DNA of 64,000 nt from Candidatus Omnitrophota bacterium (GCA_041650835.1 JBAZKL010000004.1:102900-166899), one strand, 5' to 3'. Positions 36,829-47,164 are shown, numbered from the stretch's first letter. Program-made: numbers and translations. The notes: a model not told the origin generated them from the sequence alone.

Positions 36829-37305
36829 TTATTTAAGTTCCGGCAGAGCTGTTTTTTTCTTCGGCTCTTCCTTAAGGCTCCCCAGTAATTTTACCACGCC
36901 GTCAATGATCGCTTTGGGGCTTGCCGGGCATCCCGGGATATACGCCGATACCGGTAGAACTGTATCAATTCCGCCCAATACGTTGTAACAGCCGTTAAAC
37001 ACTCCGCCGCTGCAGGCGCAGGTGCCGACCGCGACCACAAATTTAGGTTCCGCCATCTGTTCATAGATCATTACCAGCCGCTCTTCGATCTGCTTGGTGA
37101 CCGGCCCGGAACAGATCAAGACATCGGCATGGCGCGGGGTCCCTTTTAAAACCACACCGAAGCGTTCCAGGTCATAATGAGGCGTCAAAGACGCGATGAT
37201 CTCTATATCGCAGGCGTTGCAAGCCCCGGTATTAAAGTGCAGTATCCAGGGAGATTTAATGCGCGCCCAATTAACGATCCTACTCAACGTTCCCATGCTA
37301 ATCAT
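36829..37305 (-). CDS. [NiFe] hydrogenase small subunit (NuoB homologue)
   Basis: GACNACDIE (hydrogenase-type CxxC rather than the CC of NuoB), GTCACSGG and GCPASP cluster-binding motifs. Confidence 0.8.
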   Translation of the reverse strand: MISMGTLSRIVNWARIKSPWILHFNTGACNACDIEIIASLTPHYDLERFGVVLKGTPRHADVLICSGPVTKQIEERLVMIYEQMAEPKFVVAVGTCACSGGVFNGCYNVLGGIDTVLPVSAYIPGCPASPKAIIDGVVKLLGSLKEEPKKKTALPELK

Positions 37306-37639
37306 CCTTCCTTAAAAGAATAAACAAACCGATGACCGCGCCCAGGATGTAAACGACAGCGATGGCAAAAGTCTCGAGCGTCTCCGTCGGGACCGTCGCG
37401 ATCATCAAAGCGACAACGTGCAGCAGGGTAAAGAAAAAAGCAAACGGGAAAAACTGCGTGTAATCCGGCTGTATCAGGTGACCGGAGAAATCCTCACCGC
37501 AGGAATACGCTTTCTTTGAATCACTACTCCTTTTATCTTTACGGAATGCTACTTTAGAGAACAAAAACGATAAAAACAATATCGCAGAAAAAACGATCAA
37601 AAAAGCTACCGGGGGAGTAAGTAATAAATTCTGGGGCAT
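37298..37639 (-). CDS. NuoA-like small membrane subunit
   Basis: 113 aa, 3 TM. YSCGEDFSG...FFPFAFFFTLLHVVA resembles NuoA's YE(S/C)G...FDVE pattern. Confidence 0.5.
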   Translation of the reverse strand: MPQNLLLTPPVAFLIVFSAILFLSFLFSKVAFRKDKRSSDSKKAYSCGEDFSGHLIQPDYTQFFPFAFFFTLLHVVALMIATVPTETLETFAIAVVYILGAVIGLFILLRKDD

Positions 37640-37644
37640 CGCGG

Positions 37645-37965
37645 CTATCCTTTTAAATTATTTAATTTACGCGTATCGATTGTTTGATTATGCTTAAAAA
37701 TACATAAGATCACGCCACCCGCGACGACCATGATCACGACTTCAACAACGATCAAAGTAATGACCAGCGCCTGCGCTAACGCCATATTGCCGGTTATATA
37801 GCCGACAAGGATGATAAGCAGCGTCACCCCTTTGATCATGATCTCTACCCCGATGATCGCCCTGAGCAGGTTAAACGTTGCCAGGATGCAATATAAACCG
37901 GTAATAAATAAAAGACAGATAAAAATACTGAACGGCCAGAATAACTGGTTGAACATCGGGTTCAT
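37645..37965 (-). CDS. NuoK/MrpC-like membrane subunit
   Basis: 106 aa, 3 TM, with a conserved mid-membrane Glu (GVEIMIKG). Confidence 0.65.
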   Translation of the reverse strand: MNPMFNQLFWPFSIFICLLFITGLYCILATFNLLRAIIGVEIMIKGVTLLIILVGYITGNMALAQALVITLIVVEVVIMVVAGGVILCIFKHNQTIDTRKLNNLKG

Positions 37966-38447
37966 CGGTTCTTCTCCTTAAAAAGGACGACTACGCCAAA
38001 CGCCCCTGCCAGGAGCAGGACGACCTGCCCTAAAAGGTCGAGGTGGCGTAAATTCCATAAAACATTCCTGACATCCTGTTCATAGGCGGCAGGAGATGAC
38101 GTAAGGGAAAGCGACATTTTGACCATACTTAATAAAATACCCGCCAGAATGATTATAAAGGGCAGATACCAGAATTTCCCTAAACGTTCTTTCTGCCGGT
38201 TGAGCAATTGGTCCTGGGTCAGGCGCTGGGTAAAACTAATGGTCGTGACAAAAATAACCGATATCAAACCGGAACAAACCGAGAGCTCGAAAACAGCGGC
38301 TAACGGAGAATTCAGGCGGAACATGATTATGGAAAGGAGCGCGCTCGTCATAGCCAACCCGATGACCGACCTGACCAACCGGGTAGTCATGACCGTCCAT
38401 ACCGCTAAAATAATAAGTATGATAAGTAAACTTAAGTTCAGTGCCAT
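37962..38447 (-). CDS. NuoJ-like (possibly MnhB-type) membrane subunit
   Basis: 161 aa, about 5 TM. AAVFELSVCSGLISVIFV and a C-terminal LLAGAFGVVVLF helix are reminiscent of NuoJ. Confidence 0.45.
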   Translation of the reverse strand: MALNLSLLIILIILAVWTVMTTRLVRSVIGLAMTSALLSIIMFRLNSPLAAVFELSVCSGLISVIFVTTISFTQRLTQDQLLNRQKERLGKFWYLPFIIILAGILLSMVKMSLSLTSSPAAYEQDVRNVLWNLRHLDLLGQVVLLLAGAFGVVVLFKEKNR

Positions 38448-38448
38448 A

Positions 38449-39879
38449 TTATCGTAATAAATCCCCTATAGGTAAAATAAACGAATTTAATATTACCGGG
38501 AACAATAAACCGACCCCGATGATTATCGCCGCCAGCAGCACCTGAGGAACGATCAAGCCCGCGGATACTTCTTTTACCTGTTCTAAACCTTCACGCAGGA
38601 CCCCAAAGAAAACCCTGCGCTGCATGGAAAGGAAATACGCCAGGGTAATAACGCTGGCTAAAAGGGCTCCTGCCGCGTAATAATAATGGCCGGCATTGCA
38701 CAGCGCTATAAAAATGATCAGCTTGCTCCAAAAACCGGACAAAGGCGGGACGCCTGCCGTAGAGAGAAGCGCTATAACCGACGTCGCCCCGGTTACCGGC
38801 ATACGCGCCGACAATCCGCCCATTTTATCCATATCGCTCGTACCCAGTTTTTCCTCAAGGCTTGCGGCATTGATGAACAAAAGAGACTTAAAGATCGCGT
38901 GGTTAAAAAGATGAAAAACCGCGCCCGCCAGGGCAAGCGGGCTGGCTACGCCCAAAGCCAATATAATATAACCGACCTGGCTGATACTTGAATACGCCAG
39001 CATCCGCTTTATATCATTTTGTCCCAGCGCGGCAACCGCGCCGATGATGATAGAGGCGAGCCCCGAAACCATCAATATATTCTGTACCGGCGCGGTCACT
39101 TCGAACACGGAAATAACTAAGCGTATCAAAACATAAACTCCGGATACTTTCGTGACAATGCCGGCCAAAAGCGTAGAGACCGCCGCGGGAGCCGCTGAAT
39201 AGGCGTCCGGCAGCCATCCATGGAACGGCACGAGCCCGGATTTGATAAATAAGCCGCATAAAAACAATCCTACGCCAAGTTTCAACAAAAAGCCGTTCGC
39301 CGGATCGCTAAAGGAGCCGTATATGGCTGAAAATGTCGTCCCGCCGGACACCAAAATAAAAAGAGCGACCGCGGTAAGCATTAAAACGGTCGCTATCGAT
39401 GAAAGAATAATGTATTTAAACGCCCCCTCCAGAGCCAGGAGGTCCTTTCTCTTGGCGATAAGCGTAAAAGACGCGACCGCCGTCACCTCCATAAATACAT
39501 AGAGAGAGAATATATCGGTGGTCATTACCGTGGCGTTCATGCCGATAAGCAGGATCAATACCAGGTTAATGAAATTAAACCTGCTGTTTTCTTCAATGAT
39601 CGTGTATCTGCCGACGATAAGCGCGACAAAACAGACGATGGCGATGGAAAAAAGCATGACAAGCGTTATAGGGTCTAACGCCAGCTTAAAAGCGAAGAAC
39701 GGCCCCAGGGGATCAGGTGTCACGCTCCAGAAAACCAGAGGATGCAGGACAACCAGGATCATTTGATAGAAACACAATATTGCCGCCAGCCAGAATGCCA
39801 GCCGCTTCATAATGGCCCTTAACGGCAGGTTCAATAACGAAACAATGAATAGCGGCAGCAGGATCAGTAATGATAACAC
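38449..39879 (-). CDS. NuoM/MrpD-like antiporter-type subunit
   Basis: 476 aa, about 14 TM, conserved antiporter-module Lys/Glu pattern. Confidence 0.75.
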   Translation of the reverse strand: MLSLLILLPLFIVSLLNLPLRAIMKRLAFWLAAILCFYQMILVVLHPLVFWSVTPDPLGPFFAFKLALDPITLVMLFSIAIVCFVALIVGRYTIIEENSRFNFINLVLILLIGMNATVMTTDIFSLYVFMEVTAVASFTLIAKRKDLLALEGAFKYIILSSIATVLMLTAVALFILVSGGTTFSAIYGSFSDPANGFLLKLGVGLFLCGLFIKSGLVPFHGWLPDAYSAAPAAVSTLLAGIVTKVSGVYVLIRLVISVFEVTAPVQNILMVSGLASIIIGAVAALGQNDIKRMLAYSSISQVGYIILALGVASPLALAGAVFHLFNHAIFKSLLFINAASLEEKLGTSDMDKMGGLSARMPVTGATSVIALLSTAGVPPLSGFWSKLIIFIALCNAGHYYYAAGALLASVITLAYFLSMQRRVFFGVLREGLEQVKEVSAGLIVPQVLLAAIIIGVGLLFPVILNSFILPIGDLLR

Positions 39880-39937
39880 CTTTTAAAACCTCCTCATGAA
39901 CGAAAGAATTCCGGGGAACCCATCATCCCTCCCCGTG

Positions 39938-41767
39938 CTATTTTAATACATAGTATACGACAAGGGCGGAGCCGGCGAGCGCCCAAACAATGTAAAGCGC
40001 GTAATTACCGTTATGCAGGCCGCGTAAAACGCCTGAAGATCCCTGGGTGAGCCAAACGCAGAACCGGTCATAAAAGCTATCGATCATACGGTCGAGCCAC
40101 CACCCGGCCCGGGAGATAACCTGGGCCGCTTTTAATCCGATATCATACGGGTCGAACGCGCGCGCCTCGGCGCGGTCATAAATACCCGATAACACCGGGG
40201 CATGGCGTATATGCTCCGAGGCCTTATGGCCTCCCCCCATTATTTTAGCGCTGGTAACATGATGAAACAAAGCGCCCAACAATACCAGTATAGAAACCAA
40301 AACGATCATTCCATTGCCGGGGAAGCCTGAAAAATCATGGCCTTCAAGCGCGGCGGCACTCAAAACAGGCTGAATAAAATGATGAAGCGGTAACGTATTA
40401 TAAACACCGAAAAGTATACAGCAGCCGGCAATGACTATCATCGGGAACAACATCGCGATACTTGATTCTTTGACATTTTTGTGCTCTTCTTTAAGCTGTC
40501 CCAGGAACGCGGCATGCCCCAATTTCAAGAAAGAAGCCGCGGTAAAAAACGCGCCTAAGATAGCGGCGAGGTAAAACAAGGAGCCACGCTCTATTGCCGC
40601 GTCGAAAACCATTTCTTTTGAAAAGAAACCGTTAAAGGGCGGCACGCCTGAGATCGAGGCGGCAGCCACAAGAAAACAAATAAAGGTAACCGGCATCTTC
40701 CTTCCTAAACCGCCCAATTTTTCCAGGTCGGTCGTCCCAACAGCTTTTTCCACTGAGCCGGCGGTAAGGAATAAACAGCTTTTATACATCGCGTGATTGA
40801 CCATATGGAACAGGCCGCCGACAATCCCGATCGGCAGGCACGTCCCGATCCCGAGTACCATATAACCGACCTGGCTTATCGCGTGATAAGAAAGTAATTT
40901 CTTATAATCTTTCTGCACCAAAGCCATCATGACCGCTAAGATCACGGTAATTGAACCGATACACATCAAAAGCGTACTCAACCATGAATGGGCGCTCAGT
41001 TTAAACATATCCAATGAGATCCGCGCGAGAAAATAAATACCCAGCAATTTCTCAAGAGACGCAGGTAATATCGCCATGAACGGCAAAGGCGCGTCAGCCG
41101 CTGAATCAGGTATCCAGCTGTGGAACGGCATACTCCCTGCTTTGGCAATAGCCCCGACCATCAGCAATACGAACGCGAGGCTTCCTATCGCGCTTGAAGG
41201 GATTAATATATCAGAGATCTTTAATGTCCCGGCGAGATGCCCTGTCAAACCGATACCTGCCATCATGCAAAGGTCTGATATGCCGACAATGATCAATGCT
41301 TTTACCGCGGTTTTATAAGCGCCTTTATTTCCGATCGCGATCATGCCGAAGAGCGTCAAAAGCAACCCTTCCCAGAAAAACAATAAGAGAATAAGGTTAT
41401 CTGCCAACACCGCGCCATTAACAAAAGCAAGAGAAAGCAACAGGTACGCGTAAAACTGGTTCAACTTTTCCTTATTACGCATAAAACTCATTGAATATAA
41501 AGAGATTAAGAAGCCAAAGAACGCGGCAGCCAGCAGGATAAATCCGCTAAAATGATACAATCTCAGAGAAAACTCCATGCCAAAGCCTGCCCAGGGCAAA
41601 GAAACAACAATATCCTGTTTAAACAATAAAACAGCTAACAAAAAGTTAAAAGCGGTCGCGGCAAAAGTAATAAGCTCCTTGACTCCCGGTGCTCTCCTCA
41701 AGGCAAGTACGAGTAAACCGCAAAATAAAGGTATATATATAGGTAAGAATATCATATTATCGGTCAT
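39938..41767 (-). CDS. NuoL/MrpA-like antiporter-type subunit
   Basis: 609 aa with a C-terminal extension, as in NuoL. Confidence 0.75.
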   Translation of the reverse strand: MTDNMIFLPIYIPLFCGLLVLALRRAPGVKELITFAATAFNFLLAVLLFKQDIVVSLPWAGFGMEFSLRLYHFSGFILLAAAFFGFLISLYSMSFMRNKEKLNQFYAYLLLSLAFVNGAVLADNLILLLFFWEGLLLTLFGMIAIGNKGAYKTAVKALIIVGISDLCMMAGIGLTGHLAGTLKISDILIPSSAIGSLAFVLLMVGAIAKAGSMPFHSWIPDSAADAPLPFMAILPASLEKLLGIYFLARISLDMFKLSAHSWLSTLLMCIGSITVILAVMMALVQKDYKKLLSYHAISQVGYMVLGIGTCLPIGIVGGLFHMVNHAMYKSCLFLTAGSVEKAVGTTDLEKLGGLGRKMPVTFICFLVAAASISGVPPFNGFFSKEMVFDAAIERGSLFYLAAILGAFFTAASFLKLGHAAFLGQLKEEHKNVKESSIAMLFPMIVIAGCCILFGVYNTLPLHHFIQPVLSAAALEGHDFSGFPGNGMIVLVSILVLLGALFHHVTSAKIMGGGHKASEHIRHAPVLSGIYDRAEARAFDPYDIGLKAAQVISRAGWWLDRMIDSFYDRFCVWLTQGSSGVLRGLHNGNYALYIVWALAGSALVVYYVLK

Positions 41768-43254
41768 TTCTGCATCACCAGCATCTGTTGGACAACATTT
41801 GCTACAACCTGATTAGGATAATAAATAAAGATCCCGCCGGCTAAAGACAGGGCCGCGAGCAAGCCGACACAAAAAACCATCAGCGGATCCCCTTCTTTTA
41901 CCTCTTTGGACTTAGCTTCTCCTAAGAAAACCAGAGTAAATACTCTCAAAAGATAAAGTATCGTCAAGATGGCTCCGATCAAAAATATGCCCGCGAGAAA
42001 AAGATGCCCGCCTTGTAAAGCTCCCGCCATAACCATATATTTACTAAAAAAACCTCCAAAAGGAGGAATACCCATGACTGAGAACGCGCAAAATAAAAAT
42101 GATGCCGCGGTTACCGGCATCGTTTTTGCCAAGCCGCCCAATTTAGTAATGTCTTTGATCTTTGTATTTTGCTCTACTATCCCCGCGCATAAGAACAACC
42201 CCGCTTTGGCAAGGCCGTGCATCAAAATATATAACAAACCTCCGGCAATACCTACTTCATTGCCGATCGCCAGCCCCAGGAAGATAAAAGCAATCTGGCT
42301 GATCGTCGAATACGCGATGATCCTCTTAAGATCAGTGTCAACTAACGCCGCGGCCGCGGAAACAAGAGCGCTGATCCCCGCGATAAAAGGGACCACGCTG
42401 TGCCAATAATCAAGCAGCGGGATAGTTACCACAAACAAACGGGCAAAGGCGTAAACGCCGATCTTAACCAGTACTGCCGCGTGCAGCAGCGCGGTCACCG
42501 TTGATGGAGCGACACCGGCGTCAGGAAGCCAGGTATGAAAGGGTAACGTCGCTGACTTGGAGAATATCCCTGCCAGGATCAATCCAACGGCAAGCACAGA
42601 AACAGGTTCGGCCTTAAAACGTTCATGGATCACCGCGAGATCGAACGACCCTGCCTGTTGATAGATCAAGACAAAACCTATCAACATCATTAAAGCGCCG
42701 AATACCGTAATTAAAAACGATTTATTCGCCCGGATGACATCGGTTTTCGCCCTGAAGAACCCTATGAGCCGCCAACTCGCCAGAGCGGTCATTTCCCAGA
42801 AAACATAAAGGAAGATCAAATTACCCGCGTATATCAGCCCCATCATCGAGCCAAGGAACAAAACTACCATCATATAATACTCATTTTGGTTCTCGTAATG
42901 GCTGATATACCCGAATGAATACATGACAATGATAGCGCTGATCAAGGAAGATACGACCGCCATAAAAACAGCCAGCGCGTCGGCGCAAAAAACAAAGTTA
43001 AAGCCTAAAGGAAGGATACGGGTAGAGATAAGGGTTTTCCCGCTTAAGACAAAAGGAGACAGGGAAAGAGAAATAGCCAGAGGAAAGAGGACAAGCAACA
43101 ACGCCAGTATATTTCTCACCGGTTTAGAGAACTTCCCGGCCAACGGTAATATAAAAGCCCCTATTAAAGGGGCTAGAACTGCTGATAGTATCATGATATT
43201 AATACGCCGCTTAAAAAGCCGCTTAAAATAAAAAAGTCTTCTAGCATATTCCAC
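41764..43254 (-). CDS. NuoN/MrpD-like antiporter-type subunit (first gene of the operon)
   Basis: 496 aa. The real start may be the internal MILSAVLAPL at 43194. There is a 4-bp overlap with the next gene. Confidence 0.75.
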   Translation of the reverse strand: MEYARRLFYFKRLFKRRINIMILSAVLAPLIGAFILPLAGKFSKPVRNILALLLVLFPLAISLSLSPFVLSGKTLISTRILPLGFNFVFCADALAVFMAVVSSLISAIIVMYSFGYISHYENQNEYYMMVVLFLGSMMGLIYAGNLIFLYVFWEMTALASWRLIGFFRAKTDVIRANKSFLITVFGALMMLIGFVLIYQQAGSFDLAVIHERFKAEPVSVLAVGLILAGIFSKSATLPFHTWLPDAGVAPSTVTALLHAAVLVKIGVYAFARLFVVTIPLLDYWHSVVPFIAGISALVSAAAALVDTDLKRIIAYSTISQIAFIFLGLAIGNEVGIAGGLLYILMHGLAKAGLFLCAGIVEQNTKIKDITKLGGLAKTMPVTAASFLFCAFSVMGIPPFGGFFSKYMVMAGALQGGHLFLAGIFLIGAILTILYLLRVFTLVFLGEAKSKEVKEGDPLMVFCVGLLAALSLAGGIFIYYPNQVVANVVQQMLVMQK

Positions 43255-43403
43255 CAGAAGACACCCTTGTCTATAGCTTAGTTCTATGTTAGTTAAACTT
43301 GTTTACCATGGAATCTATCCAATAAATGTAACATACACTCATGGATTTGTCAAATAAATTTAAGGTGAGCGGGCTAACTCCAACTTACTTATAAATAAAA
43401 TAC

Positions 43404-43476
43404 GCGCCCAACAGGAATCGAACCTGTAACAACCAGTTCCGTAGACTGGTGCTCTATCCAATTGAGCTATGGGCGC
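43404..43476 (-). tRNA. tRNA-Arg (anticodon ACG)
   Basis: Reverse complement is GCGCCCATAGCTCAATTGGATAGAGCACCAGTCTACGGAACTGG..GTTCGATTCCTGTTGGGCGC. Cloverleaf checked by hand. 73 nt. Confidence 0.85.
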
Positions 43477-43798
43477 ATCTAATTACTTACATCCGCTCAT
43501 GGTGAGCCTTTCGACGCACTTCGTTTGCTCAGGGTGCTGAGCCTGTCGAAGCACATGGTCGAACCATGGGCGCATGAATTTCCCCGGGTTCTAAACATAA
43601 GAAACCCGAGGTAAGGATCCTTTAGAGAAACTTAATTATACCTACTTTTCACTAAGCTGTAAAGCAGGATTTTCTCAAATGTGCGGGCAATATTAAAATG
43701 TCCTATTTTCCGGTTTTAAAGAGCATTTGCAAAAACTTCTTCCCTTATCTGTCTTATGCGACAGATGCATGGATGGAATAAATCAGGATAGCTTAACG

Positions 43799-44395
43799 TT
43801 ATTTGGGATCATTAAACTTGAACGTCTTAACCATATGATCAAATGCCTTACTGAACCTGTCAAATCCCTGCTCCGTGTTTTCATACCTTAAAGAATATGC
43901 CTTACCCGGTTTCATAAAAATAATTATTTTCTCTTTAACCGGTATCAGTTTTGCATCCACGCTATAAATCTTATCCATCGCCTTATACGACAAGAGGATT
44001 TCCCGGGCATCAAGGCCCATAACATCAGCTTTAGACCTTGACAACAATTTTGCATCTTTAAATTTCAGTCTTTTCTTCACCAGATCATCTGTAAGCGCCT
44101 CAAGAGTTTCTAATACATCTATCTTAGAGAGGTCTTGCGCGGTTATGGCTATTTTAGGCTTATAGTTTTCACCCTTACTATCTTCAAAGAAAACTACACT
44201 CGCGTATCCTTTTTGAAGATCCTTGTTTTCGCGGTAAAGCCATTGAGAAATATAATCTATACCAATGTTTAATTCCTGATTTTTACCGATATATTGCTCG
44301 TAGCGCAGACTCCCGCCGGTACAGCCATAATTATTCACCATGCACATCACCCCTATCAGCAGAAATAAATAAACATTGTTTATCGTAGGTTTCAT
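43799..44395 (-). CDS. Lipoprotein, function unknown
   Basis: Signal peptide plus lipobox (..NNYGC). Confidence 0.45.
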   Translation of the reverse strand: MKPTINNVYLFLLIGVMCMVNNYGCTGGSLRYEQYIGKNQELNIGIDYISQWLYRENKDLQKGYASVVFFEDSKGENYKPKIAITAQDLSKIDVLETLEALTDDLVKKRLKFKDAKLLSRSKADVMGLDAREILLSYKAMDKIYSVDAKLIPVKEKIIIFMKPGKAYSLRYENTEQGFDRFSKAFDHMVKTFKFNDPK

Positions 44396-44404
44396 TTTCG
44401 CTCC

Positions 44405-45601
44405 TTAATAAGACGGATAACCGGCATACATCACGGCCACAACGTCATGTAAAGAAGAGCCTCCCTGCTCATAAAGGCTCAATACATAATCAAGTTCGTC
44501 ATTGGTCTGGGTGCCTTTTTTTTCTTGCCAAAATTGAGCCTCCCGGGTAAAAGCATTGTTTTCCTGATCAATGCTGTCACCGAGCACCTGCTCACCCGTA
44601 ACGGGATCTGTGTACCAGCTTAAATCCGATTCAGCAACTCCTAAACGCGCTGTAGTATCAGCGACCCACGCTGCCGTATTATGAGAATAATCCGCATGTA
44701 AAGCTTCGTGAACGACAACTGACGCGATTGCTTCTGCCGACCAGGTACTACCTATAGAAGAATCAATAAATATAGCATTATTTTCGTGTGGATCATCAGG
44801 ATAAAAATCAGACCACCAAGATGGAAACCATTGACCTAAAGCTCCGCTGCTTAAATCCCCGTAATAAACATGAATGTCTTCAGCTTGTATCAAAGCATAC
44901 AACTCGCCTGCAATAGCAGAATCGCTCATACAAGCAAGAACATCGCTTAAGTCAATCAACTCTGCCGCACTACCTCCGCCGTCACCGCCCCCGCCGCCGC
45001 CATCATCACCGGCACCACCGCCGCCGCCACCTCCGCCACCGCCACCGCCTCCGCCGGAACCACCTCCCCCGCCGGAACTCTCGCCGCTGGAAGCGCTCCC
45101 CCCTCCACTGACACCACCGCCGCCGCCAGTGATAGTTGTACCGCCCTCATCTTGCCCGCTGCTGCCGCCTCCACCGCCGCCGCTACCTCCGATGTACGGC
45201 CCCGCGGGCAACACTGAACCCCCGCCATCCATCACAATAACGGTTGAGTCGGTATTAACGCTCTCTGAATCGATATCACGGCCGATACGCTTGGCTATTA
45301 CGACGAAATCATCATCGGTAACATTGACGACCCGGTACTCATAATATTTAGGGCGGATATTTAATTCCAACAGCTTATTGATCTCTTCGGTATTATCAGC
45401 CGCGACAAAAGAACCAGACTCGATTTTATGAGCCTTCTCCGCGTCGCGGATCGCCTTAATGCTCACGATCGCATCGGTTTTAATGGATTTGTTAATAACA
45501 TGCAGATAGGAGAAAAATCCTCCGGCAGCTAAAACCGCAATGATAACAACCGCAATTGACAACTCGATAAGATTAAAACCTTTTTTATTATGCACCGTCA
45601 C
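44405..45601 (-). CDS. Prepilin-type N-terminal protein with an ~80-residue poly-Gly linker and a C-terminal HExxH (zincin-like) domain
   Basis: KKGFNLIELSIAVVIIAVLAA is a class III signal with G|F and Glu+5. A long GGS/GGG tract follows. VVVHEALHADYSH is present. Confidence 0.6.
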   Translation of the reverse strand: MTVHNKKGFNLIELSIAVVIIAVLAAGGFFSYLHVINKSIKTDAIVSIKAIRDAEKAHKIESGSFVAADNTEEINKLLELNIRPKYYEYRVVNVTDDDFVVIAKRIGRDIDSESVNTDSTVIVMDGGGSVLPAGPYIGGSGGGGGGSSGQDEGGTTITGGGGGVSGGGSASSGESSGGGGGSGGGGGGGGGGGGGGAGDDGGGGGGDGGGSAAELIDLSDVLACMSDSAIAGELYALIQAEDIHVYYGDLSSGALGQWFPSWWSDFYPDDPHENNAIFIDSSIGSTWSAEAIASVVVHEALHADYSHNTAAWVADTTARLGVAESDLSWYTDPVTGEQVLGDSIDQENNAFTREAQFWQEKKGTQTNDELDYVLSLYEQGGSSLHDVVAVMYAGYPSY

Positions 45602-46424
45602 CCTCTTTTTGTTTAGGCTTTAACAGCTTCTCTAAATTCTCAAGCGCTCCCCTTGCGTCCGCGTCGGCGGGATCAAGCAACAAGACTTTTTTCCATTGCT
45701 CCTGCGCCTGCGCGAGGTCTCCTTTTTTCATATATACGACTCCTAAATTATAAAACGCCCGGGCATTCTTCGGCTCAAAAGCAATCACTTTTTCATATTC
45801 AGCCATTGCCTGATCATAAGCATTCTCCCTTAAATACAGATCTGCCAGGTTATTATGAGCTTCGGCCATACTATAATTCTCTTTTATCGCCTGGTTATAT
45901 AAATCCTTTGCTTTGGTAAAATCCTCTTTTTGAGCGTATATACTGGCTAAATTATTATAAACTTTAGCATCAGCCAATTTATGCTCGATAAGGAATTGAT
46001 AATCATCGATCGCTTTCTCCAATTCCCCTGTTCGTTGGTTTAAAAGCGCGCGTAAATAATGGGCCTGCCGGTTGCCGCTGTAATTCCGCAGCAACAAATC
46101 ACACAATTCCCCGGCTTTACGGTAATCTTTCTGTTTTACCTGCTTCTCAATATCCTGTAAGGCCGTTTTATAATCGAAGGACGCTTCAGGACTGTCATTA
46201 CTGAAGAGGCGGCCCTTCTTTATTGAGGCGCCCCCTTTCTTATCAACTATCTGCTTGATCTCCAGGAACTCCCGGCTGATCGAACTTATTTCTCCTTCAA
46301 GAGCCAATTCAGCTTTCGCGGTGAGCCTTTCCGCCTGAGCGATGAAAGGATACCCCCCCACCGCCAGCAACAACAATACACTGATATTGAACCTGCAAAA
46401 ATTCATTTTCATATTTACACGCAA
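45588..46424 (-). CDS. Secreted TPR-repeat protein
   Basis: Signal peptide plus about 5 TPR units (..AHNNLADLYL.., ..AFYNLGVVYM..). Confidence 0.7.
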   Translation of the reverse strand: MRVNMKMNFCRFNISVLLLLAVGGYPFIAQAERLTAKAELALEGEISSISREFLEIKQIVDKKGGASIKKGRLFSNDSPEASFDYKTALQDIEKQVKQKDYRKAGELCDLLLRNYSGNRQAHYLRALLNQRTGELEKAIDDYQFLIEHKLADAKVYNNLASIYAQKEDFTKAKDLYNQAIKENYSMAEAHNNLADLYLRENAYDQAMAEYEKVIAFEPKNARAFYNLGVVYMKKGDLAQAQEQWKKVLLLDPADADARGALENLEKLLKPKQKEGDGA

Positions 46425-46528
46425 ATCCTTACCTGTATCAAAGGGTCCTCACGGCAAACTCTTTCTCTCTTAAATATATCAAAGATTACACCGAAAAGCA
46501 AACAAATACTCCTTCTCCCTAAAAAACA

Positions 46529-47020
46529 TCATTTACCCTCAAAATTCACCTTAACCTGCCCCCAGAAGCTCTTCACCTGGCTCAATAAATTACTCTTTTT
46601 TGCTTCCGGGCCCCTCTTACGCGTATATTCTTTAAACTGCTTGGCAATAATTTCTTCAGGGATACCATCAATGATCCGGCAGGCCTCTTTCTTATCCCAC
46701 CTGCCTAATTTCTTAATGACATCACGCCGCTTCATATTTTCATTGATCCCGTATTTTACTTTTAGCGCCTGCGGGAATTCCTTGATAACGGACAGCTTTC
46801 CGGAATAACGGGCATTAAAGCGCGCGTCATCCATCCCTTTTAAGCGCTCGATAGTATCTTTCTTTAAACGATTAAAATCAGATACCGTAATATACGCTTT
46901 AGCCAGATTTTTAAAAATGACACCGATAACCTGGTCTTCAACGCTGGAAGTATCCTGCGTAAATCCGTAACTCACCACCGACAGGCTGATGAACAGAAGT
47001 AAAAATACATTTATTCTCAC
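46529..47020 (-). CDS. Secreted hypothetical protein
   Basis: Signal peptide. No known motif. Confidence 0.4.
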   Translation of the reverse strand: MRINVFLLLFISLSVVSYGFTQDTSSVEDQVIGVIFKNLAKAYITVSDFNRLKKDTIERLKGMDDARFNARYSGKLSVIKEFPQALKVKYGINENMKRRDVIKKLGRWDKKEACRIIDGIPEEIIAKQFKEYTRKRGPEAKKSNLLSQVKSFWGQVKVNFEGK

Positions 47021-47164
47021 GGCGCTACCCTTCGAAACTTTCCATAGATGATCCCCGAAGCGGCCTTTCTTACGGTAAATAACCAGGCAAGCGGCCTATA
47101 TTTTGATTTATTGTACCACCAGAATAGAAAATCTTCTATTAAAAAGGAGGGAGAAAAGAAAGGA

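Noticed and set aside
44874-45344. 156-aa proline-rich ORF on the plus strand
   Set aside because: Antisense reading of the GGN-rich poly-Gly linker of the minus-strand pilin-HExxH gene. Low-complexity artefact.
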